Made by a program: the position numbers and the translations under genes. A DNA stretch of 63,532 bases, the filler included, from Octopus bimaculoides (taxonomy: Eukaryota), in the NCBI RefSeq assembly GCF_001194135.2. It is 3 parts of 3 records of this genome, joined end to end, with 100 filler letters (N's around TTAATTAATTAA, not from the genome) between each part and the next. Parts side by side here need not be neighbours in the genome. Positions count along the whole stretch, not along the records: positions 24,449 to 46,604 come from NC_068997.1; positions 46,705 to 63,532 come from NC_068981.1; 1 more part is not named here. The stretch is one strand, 5' to 3'. Of the stretch, positions 37,504 to 49,750 are shown piece after piece. The notes under the pieces were generated by a model. That model was not told the origin of the DNA, made no database searches, and saw nothing but the letters and a program-made list of their open reading frames with translations. Within the stretch, counting starts at the first letter, position 1. The number at the start of each line of letters is the position of its first letter.

Positions 37504-40223
37504 TGTTGTAATCCTCTGTCGGACTGTTATAACGCCCATTCCGGTATAGCAGTATAGTTTGTTAGACAAGTAAGACACGACTATCTATAACGACCGTCTA
37601 CCCGACTGACATTCCAGTATTTGTAGTGACTAGCACATACCACTCGTCACGTGGGAGAGGTGTACCATTATTACTATTATCCCCATATATATAAACAAGT
37701 AAGATTAATCACCACACCAATATGGCTGTTCAATATTACTACTACTTTTAAATTTTTTCTTTTTTCTTAGGGAGTGCCATTTTATTTATTTTATTAGCAA
37801 TTATTTTTCATCACCCCACCCCCTTTTTTATTTTTCTTTATACAGTTACACATTTAATATTTTTTTTCGTTTAGTATCCACTTCCAGGAATTCCGTACAT
37901 TTTCTTTTTCGTTCGCTTGTGCGTCTGGGTTGAATTGTAGTAGTTTTGGTACTTGAGCAGTATCCTATAACCATTCCATTGGGTCCTTTATTCTTTTGGG
38001 TTCGTTCTCAACAAATCTTCTTCTTAGTTAATTCACCTGTAGCTTGTATGCCCCTTTCTTCCCCTCTTACCAAGCATATCATTTTTCCTATGCCTTTGGT
38101 AATCACGCCATCTTCTCAACTTCGTTTTGCCTTTCTTATATGCCCTAACAAATATATTTTCACCAATTTTGAAATACCTTGCTGTATTATCCATTGCAAT
38201 TTTTATTTTCTTTCCAGGTAGTAATTTATCGAAGGCTGATTTTATTTCCCTCGCACACATCAGCTCCGCTGGTGACATAACTGCTGGTGTATTTGGATTT
38301 AGTGTCACACGACTCTTAAGAATTATTATAGAGTTACCTCATCCATGACTTCCTTATTCGACTTTGTTGGGGCTCTCTTGAACGTATTGACAAAGCGTTC
38401 TGCGTGTTCGTTAGATCTGGGATGGTATGGTGCCGTAGTTACATTTTCTACAGCGAACGTTTTACGAAATTTTTTAAACTCAAAAGACAAATTGCGTTCC
38501 ATTGTCAAACACTATCGTGTTTGGGACACTAAATTTCGCAAACAGCTCATGTAGAAAATTTGTCGTAGTTGAGAATGTTGGCTTTTTACACTTAAAATTT
38601 CTGGCCATTTAGAGAAACTATCACCTACCTCTAAGCAATATGAACCGTTTAGTATGAATCAATGTATAGTCTCGACCACGGCACATCCACTTTTGGCCAA
38701 GGTTCACTAATTATCGTCGGTAATTTTGCTGCTAGCGCACATCTTCTGTAGCCTTTCATTCGATTTTTCTGCATTAAAGCTTTAATCCTCAAAATACCAG
38801 GATGTTCAATATGAAATTCCCTCAACATTTCCTTTTGCAGTGTTTCAGGTATTACTACTCTCATCACAAACTGAGTACAGGTTCACGTCTTGGTTTCGTT
38901 TCGCAGCAATCCTTTTCCTATTTACATTTCCTGTTCACAGTATTCTTTTCATTTCTGTTATGAATTTGTCCTTTTCTGCATTTAGCTTTATGTCTTCAAG
39001 GGTTACCGGTAATTCGCGTACCACATTCCACATTACATTCTTTATTTCTCCTTCTGATCTTAATACTGCGATTACCGAATCTTCGAATGGCTCGCAATGT
39101 TTCGGTATCAGTCTGGACAAACCATCTGCTTGCCTTAGTTTTTTTGACGGTAAATATTCCATTTTGTAATGATAATTCAAGAATGTAGTGCCTCATCGCT
39201 GTAGTCTATTTGTAGTGTATGTTGGTATTCCTTTTTTAGGACTACATATTGACTGTGGTGGTCGATGATCCGTTTGTAGACAGAAACTTCTTCCATGAAT
39301 AAATCTATGGAATTTTTCCACACCGAATATGATTGCTAAGGCTTCCATTTCTCTCTGACTATAGTTCCTTTCTGCTGGTAATAACGATCGTGAAGCATGG
39401 GCTATAACCTTTTTATTCCCATCGTCATATTTGCGCAAAAGAACGGCTCCTACATCGTAATCACTCGCACCTGTAGCCAATATAATATCCAACTTTGGAT
39501 CAAAATGCGTAAACAATAAGTTTAATGTTAAAATATTTTTTAATTTGTCAAATGCTGTCTGGCACTTATCAGGCCAACACCATTTTGCATTTTTCTTTCA
39601 CATATCATTGAGAGGGGCCTTTACATTGTGTATATTGGGAATGTAAATTTGATAGTAATTTACTAAACCTAAGAATGCTTGTAGCATAAGTCACATTATT
39701 CGACGTGGGTATATTTTTTATCGCAGTTGCTCTGGATGGATCGGGTTTCCGTCCTTTTTATCGAGTATCTTATCCAAGCATTTAATTTTTTTCAGAAATA
39801 ACTCCCGTTTTACTTCACTTATCTTGAAATTGTATGTCTCTTATTTTTTCGAATATCCTATTTACGTGTTCTATATGTTGTTGTTGCTGTTTTTAAAATC
39901 TGAGCAAACCAACCAATAATTTTTCCACAATTTTACGGTTTTGTATACCGTAAAATTCACACAAAAATGTGAGTTTCGTAACTGTTTGTGTGTTTGTTTA
40001 ATCCTCGTGAGTTTATTAACTTCTCGTCGCCACTGTTGCAACTCTCTGTTGGACTGTTATAATGCCCACTCCGGTATAGCAGGATACTTAGTTAGACAAT
40101 TAAGACACGATTATCTATCACGACTGTCTACCCGACTGTCTACTCGACTGACACTCCTGTATCTGTAATGACTATCACATACCACTTGTCATGTAGGAGG
40201 TGTATTCCATTATTACCATAACA
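37504..40223 (-). mobile_element. Ty3/Gypsy (Mag-like) LTR retrotransposon 2, gag, protease and most of RT deleted, defective
   Basis: 5' LTR 40034-40223 and 3' LTR about 37504-37680. TSD ACTTT on both sides. PBS TGGCGACGAG. RT end FLGLVNYY, RNase H ASDYDVGAVL...NYSQREMEALAI...TDHRP, ADGLSR, and integrase YHPRSNEHAERFV. Confidence 0.93.
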
Positions 40224-40609
40224 ACTTTCTTCTCTGCGTTGCTGTTTTTCATAATTGTCTTATCAATGTAGTTAGATTTTTACCACCTGGCATCTCCTAG
40301 TCTAGTCACATCTATACCACTGCATTGCATTATACTTTTATTTTCATATTCATATTTCCTGTCTAACCAGTTAAAAGCTTTCTGCATGTTTTGTCTTTTT
40401 ATATTGGATAAACATCGTAATAGTTTTCTTGTTTCATTTCAGTCTATGAGTTGTTTTTTTTTTTTTCTGAAGATCGAATATTTGAAACTCGGTATTATGC
40501 GATATGAAATTTCAACCTTAAATCTTTTTATCCTTCTTTATTTATGTTTTTACTTGGAGAATTTTGTAGATGGATGAATAGAACCCAGTACTTATTTTAT
40601 AAAGTCTGA

Positions 40610-40793
40610 TACGTATTCGATGGTCTCTGTTGCCGAATCGCTTAGTTGCAGGGACGTAAAACATAACCACCGGTTAACAAGCGCTGGTGGGGACAAATAC
40701 AGAAACGAAGATACACCCGTACACATATACACACATACACATGCATATATATGCACATGCATATACATACACACACAAACACGTATATATATA
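40610..40793 (-). mobile_element. SINE family A tail half
   Basis: GGGACGTAAACA...GGGGACAAATACAGA motif as in other copies. Confidence 0.6.
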
Positions 40794-41345
40794 TGAACAA
40801 GCAAGATTAATCACCACATCAATATGGCTGTTCAATGTTACTACTAGTTTAAGCCTAAGCGAATCTTCCGCCAGCTTGTTATAGGTGTAACCTGCTAAGG
40901 AGCGAGCCCCTACCATCCTCCAGCAGACGACACGATCACGAGACTGATTCGGTTTCGAGCGAGTTTGCTCATTCTCAGTCGTGAACACCTAGTCGCCAGG
41001 GTGATAATCAGAGTCCGCTCCAGCAAGCAATATAAGGTAAACAAAGCGACCATCGGTCACTGACTTGCAACAAGCAGAGTCACTAGTAAAATCTCAATAA
41101 GAGATGACAGAAGTAATTATACTAACAAGTAAAGTTAATCGTTACATCAATATGGTTGTTCAATGTTACTACTAGAGTAGCTCCAAGCAGATCTTCCGCC
41201 AGCAGCCTGTACATATATATTGCCAGCAGACGAGCGAACCCTTACCATCCTCCAGCAGACTCAGTCGCGAGTACTTGAGAGATGGCCAGTGTCCGCTCCA
41301 GCAAGCGTCAGAGGGATGGTCAGAGTCCGCTCTAACAAGCACCAC
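40794..41345. repeat. Unclassified repeat: two diverged tandem units, plus a third end fragment at about 37695-37750
   Basis: ACAAG.AA..TTAATC...CAATATGG.TGTTCAAT.TTACTACTA begins units near 40797, 41125 and 37695. Both main units share CTTCCGCCAGC, TACCATCCTCCAGCAGAC and GTCCGCTCCAGCAAGC. Confidence 0.7.
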
Positions 41346-41519
41346 TTTAATGGGTTTTAGTCGAACAAATAGACCCCAGAACGTATTCTTTGTAAGCCTA
41401 ATACTTATTTTATTGGTCTCTTTTGCCGGAAGCAAAGTTATGGGAATATAAACACACCAGCCTTTGTTGTCAAGCCAAGTGATGGTGGTGGTGGTAGCAA
41501 ACACACACACACACACACT

Positions 41520-41559
<40 letters not shown>

Positions 41560-42135
41560 ATAATATTAGGGACAAAATCCAAAATTACAGGTAAAAAATC
41601 TCAATTAAAATCAATTTATAAAAAATTAAAATTAAATTGAGCCTTATAGATAAAGTATATATAAAATATATATATAAAATATATAGTTTTAGGGAAAATA
41701 ACCAATTTTCAAGAACTCATCGATGAAAATCCACTATCACATAGAGAAAAATTAATAATTAAAAGCACAATNNNNNNNNNNNNNNNNNNNNNNNNNNNNN
41801 NNNNNNNNNNNNNNNNNNNNNNNNNNNNNNNNNNNNNNNNNNNNNNNNNNNNNNNNNNNNNNNNNNNNNNNNNNNNNNNNNNNNNNNNNNNNNNNNNNNN
41901 NNNNNNNNNNNNNNNNNNNNNNNNNNNNNNNNNNNNNNNNNNNNNNNNNNNNNNNNNNNNNNNNNNNNNNNNNNNNNNNNNNNNNNNNNNNNTATATATA
42001 TATATATATATATATGACAGGCTTCTTTTAGTTTCTGTATATCAAATCCACTCACAAGGCTTTGGTCGGCTCGAGGATATAGTAGAAAACACTTGCCCAA
42101 AGTGCCACGCAGTGAGGATGAACCCGGAACGATGT
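41340..42135 (-). mobile_element. SINE family A halves separated by an AT-rich insert and a gap
   Basis: Tail half 41340-41520 and head part 41993-42135. Confidence 0.55.
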
Positions 42136-42640
42136 GGAAATCTCCATCACCACTATCCTTACCGGCATCCACCACTGCCCCTATCATATACCTGCATCTC
42201 CTCCTCTCTCTCTCTGTCTGCCTTGTACATTGGTCAAATGGGACGCCGCTTTGCCAGCCTGTTCACTGAGAACCTCTGAGACATCAGACTCGGCAATGAT
42301 ACCCCGCTCTCGCACCACTTCCGCTCCACCGGTCATTCGCTACAACATTTGTCTGTGCTCGGACTGTCTTTGCACAGGAGTCAACCGGATTCTCGCCTCC
42401 ACCGTGAACAGAAATTAATCTTTTCCCTTCATTCCTTTGCTCCTGATAGCCTTAAAAAATACCTCTCTTCATCTACATATTCCCCACATTCCTACATGTC
42501 TCCCACATTTTAAATTCCCATTCCCTCCAACCCCACACCTGTACACCGTTTAACTTAGTACCCAACACACGCATCATTATACGAACATCCATACACACTG
42601 TTCAACTCAGTGCTCACGCCACACAACATTACATTATTTT
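42135..42640 (+). mobile_element. Penelope-like element fragment: GIY-YIG endonuclease C-half and 3' UTR
   Basis: LYIGQMGRRFASLFTENL*DIRLGNDTPLSHHFRSTGHSLQHLSVLGL...HREQKLIFSL. Confidence 0.85.
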
Positions 42641-42654
42641 ATATATATACATAT

Positions 42655-42805
42655 ATACAACCGGCCTCTTTCAGTTTCCGTTTACCATATTCACTCAAAA
42701 GACTTTGGTCGGACCGAGGCTATAGTAGAAGACGCTTGCTCAAGGTGCCACGTTATGGAACTGAACCCGGAACCATGTGCTTTGGAAGCAAGCTTCTTAG
42801 CACCT
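42655..42805 (-). mobile_element. SINE family A head half
   Basis: Matches 2632-2790 in reverse. Confidence 0.7.
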
Positions 42806-43364
42806 CTATATATAGTTCAAATTTACAGAAAGCAATAGACGAAGATATATAAGGGAATAACAAGCAGGTGTAATAGTTAAACATTCGGGAAGAATAGAAA
42901 AGTGTTTGATGTTTCGAGCCTATGCTCTTCGACAGAAAGGATTCAGAGAGGAAAAAAGGAAGAGCGAACGGAAAAGAAAACGGAGTAAAAATGTGTAGGG
43001 ATTAACTGTTCAACATGATGAAATGACCAGAAGAAAGAGGCTGAGTCAAAGGGAGATAATAATGGTATCCCGGATGAACTAGGGAGAGCAAGCGAATGCA
43101 TGCATGCATGCATGCATGTATGTATGTATGTATGTATGTATGTATGTATGTATGTATGTATGTATGTATATATGTATGTATGTATGTATGTATAGCAGTC
43201 GTGTATGCTTGTCAAGAGCAGGGCTCATTAGCCACCAACGGAGCCGCAAATGCAAAATATAAGTTAGTCCTAGAGCGCACAATGTTCCTGAAGGTCAGCA
43301 ATGGTCTTCCTCGGTCACGAGTGGACGGTCATCATGTGTGTATGTATGTATGTATGTATGTATG

Positions 43365-43395
<31 letters not shown>

Positions 43396-45222
43396 GGACG
43401 GTGTGTATGTGCAAGTGTGTATGTGTGGATCTTTGTGTGCGCATGGGAGCGTGGGTGTGTATGTGCATAAGTAACCTAGTGCGTGCATTGTGTGAATTGA
43501 TGTATTTCATGTATTTGTGTGTGCGCGTACGGGCGTATACATATGTGTGTGAGGTTGTGTATAGTATGTATGCGTGCATGTGTGTATGTGTGTGATGTTT
43601 TGTATTGTACGTGTGTGAGGCTATTGTGGGTGGGTGTATGTGTGTGCAAACGCTTGGGCTTGTGTGTGTATGGGAATGTGTGTTTGTATGTGTATATGTA
43701 ACGTAGTGCGTGCGTTGTGTGGAGTAATGGGCGTTCCTTGTATTTGTGTGTGTATGTACGTATGGATGAGTGTATATATGTGTACGGCTATATGTAGTAT
43801 GTATGTGAGGATATCGTGTGCGTGTGTGCGCGTGTGCAAACGCTTGTGTGTAGCAGTTAACGTATGTTTCTTCTAGTGGTGCATGCACGTGTGTGTGTGT
43901 TAGTGCATGGAATTTATGTGATCCCATAGTGTGCATGTGTATTGTGTATGTTTATGTGCGAAAGTTGTGTGTTTATGCACGTTGTGTACTGTGTATATTG
44001 TATGGGTTCAGGCGTGTTGTGCGCATGTGCATTGTGTGTGCTTTTTCGAGTGAAAAATGTGTCGTGGAGGAATGCATAGAGGTGCGAGGTAAGATAGGAG
44101 TGAAGAGAGTTAGGGGTTGGGAAGTATTGGGTCCTAGTGTTAGTGCAATGGGAAGGTGTGTGTGAATACATTTGTATGTGCGTGTGTGCGGGAGTGTACA
44201 CAATAGTGTGTGGTGTGGATACTGAGTTGAACAGTTGTGCAGGAGTGTTCGTTTAGTGGTTTGTTTGGTGAGGGTACTGGAGCGAGTGTATGGGTGTGTC
44301 CTAATGGTATGTGATGTGAGCACTGAGTTGATCAGTGTGTATGGGTGCTTGTATAATGGTGTGTATGGTGAGGGTACTGAGTTAAGTGTTGTACAGGTGT
44401 GGGTGGAGGGGAGGGGACTTAAAGGTGGGAGGTGTGTGTAAATATGTAGGGGGATTGGTGGTCGATGAAGAGAGGTGGAGATTTTTAAGGCCATGGGGCG
44501 CATGGCCTCTGTAAAAGATAGTCCTAACACAGACAAATGTTGTAGCGAATGACCGATAGAGCAGAAGTGGTGCGACACTGGAGTGTCATTGACGAGTTGG
44601 TGTTTTGATAGGGGTGCTGGTGGGTCGTGGTGAGGATAGTGTTGTAGGAGTAGTAGTTGCAGGTGCGACAATGTCTGTGAGAGCAGGGGAAGGAGCCAGG
44701 TCGGGTGTCAGAAGTAGGGAAGAAATTTCGGAACAGAAGGTCACGCAGGTTATGGGCGCCTTAGAAGGAGAGAACGGGTGGTTTATGGAATAAGAGAGAG
44801 GTGGAGAGGGTCGGACTGGAGTCGACGGACGGCCTGGAGAATGGTGCGTTTAAAGGTAAGGTGGAGGATGGTAGGTGTGGGGAAAAGAGTGGGGCGGGTG
44901 CAGGGAGAGAGTGCAGAGTTTCGGTCAACGGATCGTATCCAGGCAAGGGCAATTTGGACAATGGTGAGTGGATATCCACGTAGAGTGAAGTGGTAAGCCA
45001 TGAGTTAAGACTCTCAAAGTCATGGCCATCACCGCAATGCCAGCATAGAGAGAGAACCTGGGGGTAGGGAATGGAGAGTTCGGTGTGGAGAGCGTGGGAA
45101 TATATCTAAATATTCCACCATCGTGATCTGTAATGTATGATCTTTTCTACCCTGATGATCGAGGCTCGGTTTATCCAATGTTGACGGCCTGCATAGTGTG
45201 ATGAACTACATCTACCAACATT
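42805..45222 (-). mobile_element. Penelope-like element, 5'-truncated, with RT thumb, Cys-rich linker, partial endonuclease, long CA-rich 3' region and pseudo-LTR
   Basis: HFTLRGYPLTIVQIAL, NLRDLLF, PGSFPCSHRHCRTC and NDTPVSHHFCSIGHSLQHLSVLGLS. The 3' UTR is homologous to 42460-42630. A hammerhead-like motif lies at 42908-42935. Confidence 0.85.
42905..42940 (-). ncRNA. Degenerate minimal hammerhead-like motif in the PLE pseudo-LTR
   Basis: CTGTCGA-A-GAGC-atag-GCTC-GAAAC-ATC. Position 6 is U rather than A, and stem I has only 3 bp. Confidence 0.45.
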
Positions 45223-45262
45223 ATGACGAAACTCCGAGTTCCTAGAAACAGCTGTTGGACAA
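45223..45262 (+). ncRNA. Degenerate hammerhead-like motif at the 5' truncation point of the PLE, in opposite orientation
   Basis: ATGACGA-AACTC-C-GAGTT-CCTA-GAAAC-AGCT-GTT-GGAC-AAATAA, with a palindromic AGCT loop. Confidence 0.4.
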
Positions 45263-45494
45263 ATAACAGCTTACTTCCCTTTAAAATTTCTCTGTCACTT
45301 GTACTCTATGTAAGTATATATATATATATATATATATNNNNNNNNNNNNNNNNNNNNNNNNNNNNNNNNNNNNNNNNNNNNNNNNNNNNNNNNNNNNNNN
45401 NNNNNNNNNNNNNNNNNNNNNNNNNNNNNNNNNNNNNNNNNNNNNNNNNNNNNNNNNNNNNNNNNNNNNNNNNNNNNNNNNNNNATATATATAT

Positions 45495-45547
<53 letters not shown>

Positions 45548-45556
45548 CATATATAC

Positions 45557-45598
<42 letters not shown>

Positions 45599-46385
45599 GC
45601 ATCCGTCGGTCTCGAGAGGCCATAGATTTGCGCCCAAAGAAATCTTGTCAGCTGGTGAAGGTGGTGCAGCGTTTGTTGTGGCATACAGATTGTGCATTTG
45701 AAAGAGCTCTCTTCCGTCGAGTGTCCTTTTCTTTGATGGCGAGTACCTGTTTTTCTTCCGCTCTCTTCATTCCCTTTCGCAGTATTTGCCTTCAATGTGG
45801 CCGATCATTTGCAAGCGCTTCCACTCTCAAGACGTCCAGATCAAGCGACTTCATAGCTCTCTTACAGACATCTTTGAAACGAAGATGAGGTTGTCCTCGT
45901 ACTCTTGTGCCGGTAGCCAAGAGGTCTTTTGGGATCCTTCCAACTGACATGCGATGAACATGACCGAACCAGCGCATACGACACTACTCGAGGAAGATGT
46001 GCATGCTGGGTATCTTGGAAAGATACCGTGTTGGTAATGTGGTCGGACCACTTGATGTCATAAATACGTCTTGAATTGCTAAGTTGAAAGACGTTGAGAC
46101 TCCGCTCCTGTCTAGATTAGAGGTTCAACGCCTCATTGCCATAAAGTAGCGTTATAAGGATGCACACCTTATAGACAACAATTTTGGTATTTGCAGCCAG
46201 TTTTTTTCTTTCCCATACTCACTTTGGGAGCCCGGCAAATGTGGAGGATACTTGTCCGATTCGCTTGTTGATCTCAGAGTCCAGAGAGAGGTCATCAGCG
46301 ATGGTAGAGCCGAGATAGATAAAATGATGGACTATCTCTAACTGGTAGTGATAGTGGCGACGTGCATAACACTTTCACCCATTAC
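45557..46385 (-). mobile_element. RTE/BovB-like LINE 3' portion with (CTA)n tail
   Basis: HFIYLGSTIADDLSLDSEINKRIG, TLLYG, LRWFGHVHRMSVGRIPKDLL and RFKDVCKR. The tail is at 45557-45598. Confidence 0.9.
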
Positions 46386-46387
46386 TT

Positions 46388-46429
<42 letters not shown>

Positions 46430-46604
46430 AATATCGAACGCACATACACAAGGTATGTGTTTCGAGAGTTCGTGGGTAGACTGCGCTTATAAGCTAAAAG
46501 AATATATTCCCACGCCTATAAACGCAGCCTACTCACGTACTAGCAAAAAATATACGTTTATATGCTTACTTCCCTCCATTTGTTTTTTTACTCATATTTG
46601 AATG

Positions 46605-46704
46605 NNNNNNNNNNNNNNNNNNNNNNNNNNNNNNNNNNNNNNNNNNNNTTAATTAATTAANNNNNNNNNNNNNNNNNNNNNNNNNNNNNNNNNNNNNNNN
46701 NNNN
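46605..46704. other. Artificial scaffold linker
   Basis: 44 N + TTAATTAATTAA (46649-46660) + 44 N. Confidence 0.95.
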
Positions 46705-46744
<40 letters not shown>

Positions 46745-46746
<2 letters not shown>

Positions 46747-46905
46747 CTAGCTTCTTTCAGTTACCGTCTACCAAATCCACTCACAAGGCTTTGGCTACCC
46801 CACGGCTATTGTAGAACACACTTGTCCAAGGTTTCAGACAATGGGACTGAACCCGGAACCATGTGGCTGGGAAGCAAACTTTTTACCACGCAGCTACGCC
46901 TGCGC
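46745..46905 (-). mobile_element. SINE family A head half
   Basis: Matches 2632-2790 in reverse. Confidence 0.7.
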
Positions 46906-47599
46906 CTGTAAAAGGAGAAAAAAATATCAGTTATACTGCTTCATTAGTGGTAGGCACCAGAGGAGACAAACTAGAGAATGTCTGAGAGCGGATCCGAAAG
47001 ACAAAAATGTTCTCATACACGGCACGTACTAACCATTGAGACATTTCACTATTTCTTCCGAAAACGTTTCTCTACCTAGCTTTCAGTCTGAAACCCTATA
47101 CAGACAAATTTTCCCATGTACACACTTCACCCTTAACCCTTCAGTGTTGGAAGGTAGTTGAAGAACACAACCAAGTACTTCCGGTGAATGACACACCGAT
47201 CTCTTGTTTGCTCAATGTCTCTGCTTTCTCTATAAAACTACGTTTAAAGCACCGAAGACGTTTGGCACCGAAGATATTTGGCACCGAAGATTAAAATCCC
47301 TCTCTCCCATACGTCACTACCCATCACTTTCTTTGACTAATTTTTAGATGCCACCCACATTGACTGCACCTATAAATGTTTCGAACAGAAATTGAACAAG
47401 TCTAGAATGAAATTTGGTACATACAGACACATATATATATATATATACAAAACTGCATAATGTGTATGTATGTATGCATGTATGTACGTATGTATGTATG
47501 CTTGTATGTATGTATGTATGTATGTATGAATGTATGTATGTATGTATGTATGTATGTTTGTATGTATGAATGTATGTATGTGTGTATGCATGAATGTAT

Positions 47600-47712
47600 G
47601 TATGTCATTGATCAGTTTTATTTTAGGATTTCTTGTCAACAGAGAAAGAACCGGTTTCTAACCGAGATCCAAGGTCCCTTCATTGGAATTTCTACATCAA
47701 CAACAGGGTATG
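47600..47712 (-). mobile_element. Isolated 3' terminal segment of the R4/Dong-type LINE, embedded in (ACAT)n
   Basis: Homologous to 5555-5667 and 29130-29240, with (ACAT)-type repeats on both sides. Confidence 0.75.
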
Positions 47713-48090
47713 TATGTATATGTGTATATATATGTATATATATATATATATATATATNNNNNNNNNNNNNNNNNNNNNNNNNNNNNNNNNNNNNNNNNNN
47801 NNNNNNNNNNNNNNNNNNNNNNNNNNNNNNNNNNNNNNNNNNNNNNNNNNNNNNNNNNNNNNNNNNNNNNNNNNNNNNNNNNNNNNNNNNNNNNNNNNNN
47901 NNNNNNNNNNNNNNNNNNNNNNNNNNNNNNNNNNNNNNNNNNNNNNNNNNNNNNNNNNNNNNNNNNNNNNNNNNNNNNNNNNNNNNNNNNNNNNNNNNNN
48001 NNNNNNNNNNNNNNNNNNNNNNNNNNNNNNNNNNNNNNNNNNNNNNNNNNNNNNNNNNNNNNNNNNNNNNNNNNNNNNNNNNNNNNNNNN

Positions 48091-48139
<49 letters not shown>

Positions 48140-48399
48140 GTTACACGGCAAACTTCATTGTAGTTTTTATCTTCTAAATTCTTTGCAAAAACTGGAGACT
48201 GTATTACAAAGCATTTACCCAAATTATCAGACAGCTGGATCGATCCTGTGACACAAACACCTATTATATTTCCGTTTCGCTTCTTGTAGAAGGACGCGTT
48301 TGACTGAACTTCACAGTCTCGTTGCTGCCAACATATGAACTCTCTCTCTGCACAAATCCTGGGGCTAATGATTTATAGGTATATGCTGCTGGCCTAGCA

Positions 48400-48500
48400 C
48401 AAAGGTTCCCAACCGGCGTTCAAACGGACCTCTAGGGGTCTATAGAAGCTTTAAGGGGGGGGGGTCCACGAGTAAAAAATTTTAATTTGTGGGTCCATAT
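48400..48500 (+). mobile_element. Possible hAT/Charlie-type MITE end
   Basis: CAAAGGTTCCCAACC...GGGGTCCACG resembles Charlie-type termini. No partner TIR was found. Confidence 0.3.
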
Positions 48501-49569
48501 ATAAATTTTGTTTATTACCACACAGCCACTCCTGCGCCTATTTGCAAAGTTTCAAACAAAAATTCTGAAAGAGGCCAGACTCTTCCCAACCAGGGAATTT
48601 GGTTTCAGTTGCAACATTCGGGAGGGGAACGATGGTCTGCACTTAAATCTGGAAAGTAGCCCCGATTTAAAGATCTCTGCAAACAACGTTTAAAACAATG
48701 TCGATTCGGTCAGTTTATGATCGTGCACAGAACAATAAATCGTTAAATATTTCACTCGGCAAAAAGAGAAAAGAAAAAGAAAGAAAGAAACGCTACGAGT
48801 AGATAAGGAGAGAGTGAATTAAATCTATTCCATTTGACGAAACGTCAAACCAGATCATTTCACGTGACACTGATAGATTACTAAACACTTTCAGAATTGT
48901 TAATGTTGTCGTCATGGTGAAGATATCGCTGTGTTTAATATTGATCCGAATGACAACTTTGTAGAGAGATACTAGTGAAGCCGATGTGACAATATCTAGA
49001 TTTTCTGTCTCGAGTTATTCTTCAATGACAAGAACACATTTGTCATGTTTACAAGTGCATTGCCATGAAGAATATATTTCTCAACAGCTTATTCAATAAT
49101 CTCTCTTTCTTACCCAATGTGTCTATATCGATCTGTCTATCTTTCTATCTGACAATGTTAGATTATGTCAAAATAGGTAAAAATCCGATATTTTAATTTA
49201 AACTATTAATTGATATGATCCGTAAATATATTTTAATTTACTGCCATTTGCTGTTTGGTTATTTAATGAAGGATCTGTGGAATTCGCATTGAAGTAAAAC
49301 TATGTTCACAATTGTTTTGATATTGATTTACAATATAGATGAATCGATTACCTACATACTATATCGATCGCAGTACTTCGTTGGTGCATGAGTTACAGCT
49401 TAGCGTGGGTGTGAGCGTGGGTGTGTGGGTGTCTCCCTCTCCCACCCCTCTTTCTCTACCCTTTGTGTTATGAACAGCGACACCGGCTTCAGACCAGCAG
49501 CGGAGCTGAGAAGAGATCAGGAAGTCTTCTACCTTTCATACGATCAGTGAAAAGTTTGTACACAGTACA

Positions 49570-49750
49570 GGCGCAGGCGTGGCTGTGCGGTAAGAAACTT
49601 GCTTCCCAACAACATGGTTCCGGGTTCAGACCCACTATTTTAACCTCGGGCCGACCAAAACTTTGTGAGAGGATTTGGTAGACGGAAACTGAAAGAAACC
49701 CGCCAGGATGTTTTATTGTCGTCTGTTGCGTTCTTGTTCCATGTTTTGGA
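49570..49750 (+). mobile_element. SINE family A head variant
   Basis: GGCGTGGCTGTGCGGTAAG...GGATTTGGTAGACGGAAACTGAAAGAAACCCG. Confidence 0.7.

Noticed and set aside
33364-40223. Functional two-component retroelement formed by the two Gypsy copies
   Set aside because: Both are riddled with stops and frameshifts, no intact RT exists in either, and their LTRs differ.
43295-44671. Long His/Thr-rich ORFs of 213 and 232 aa
   Set aside because: CA-rich 3' region of the Penelope-like element. Only the NDTPVSHHF segment is real, decayed endonuclease sequence.
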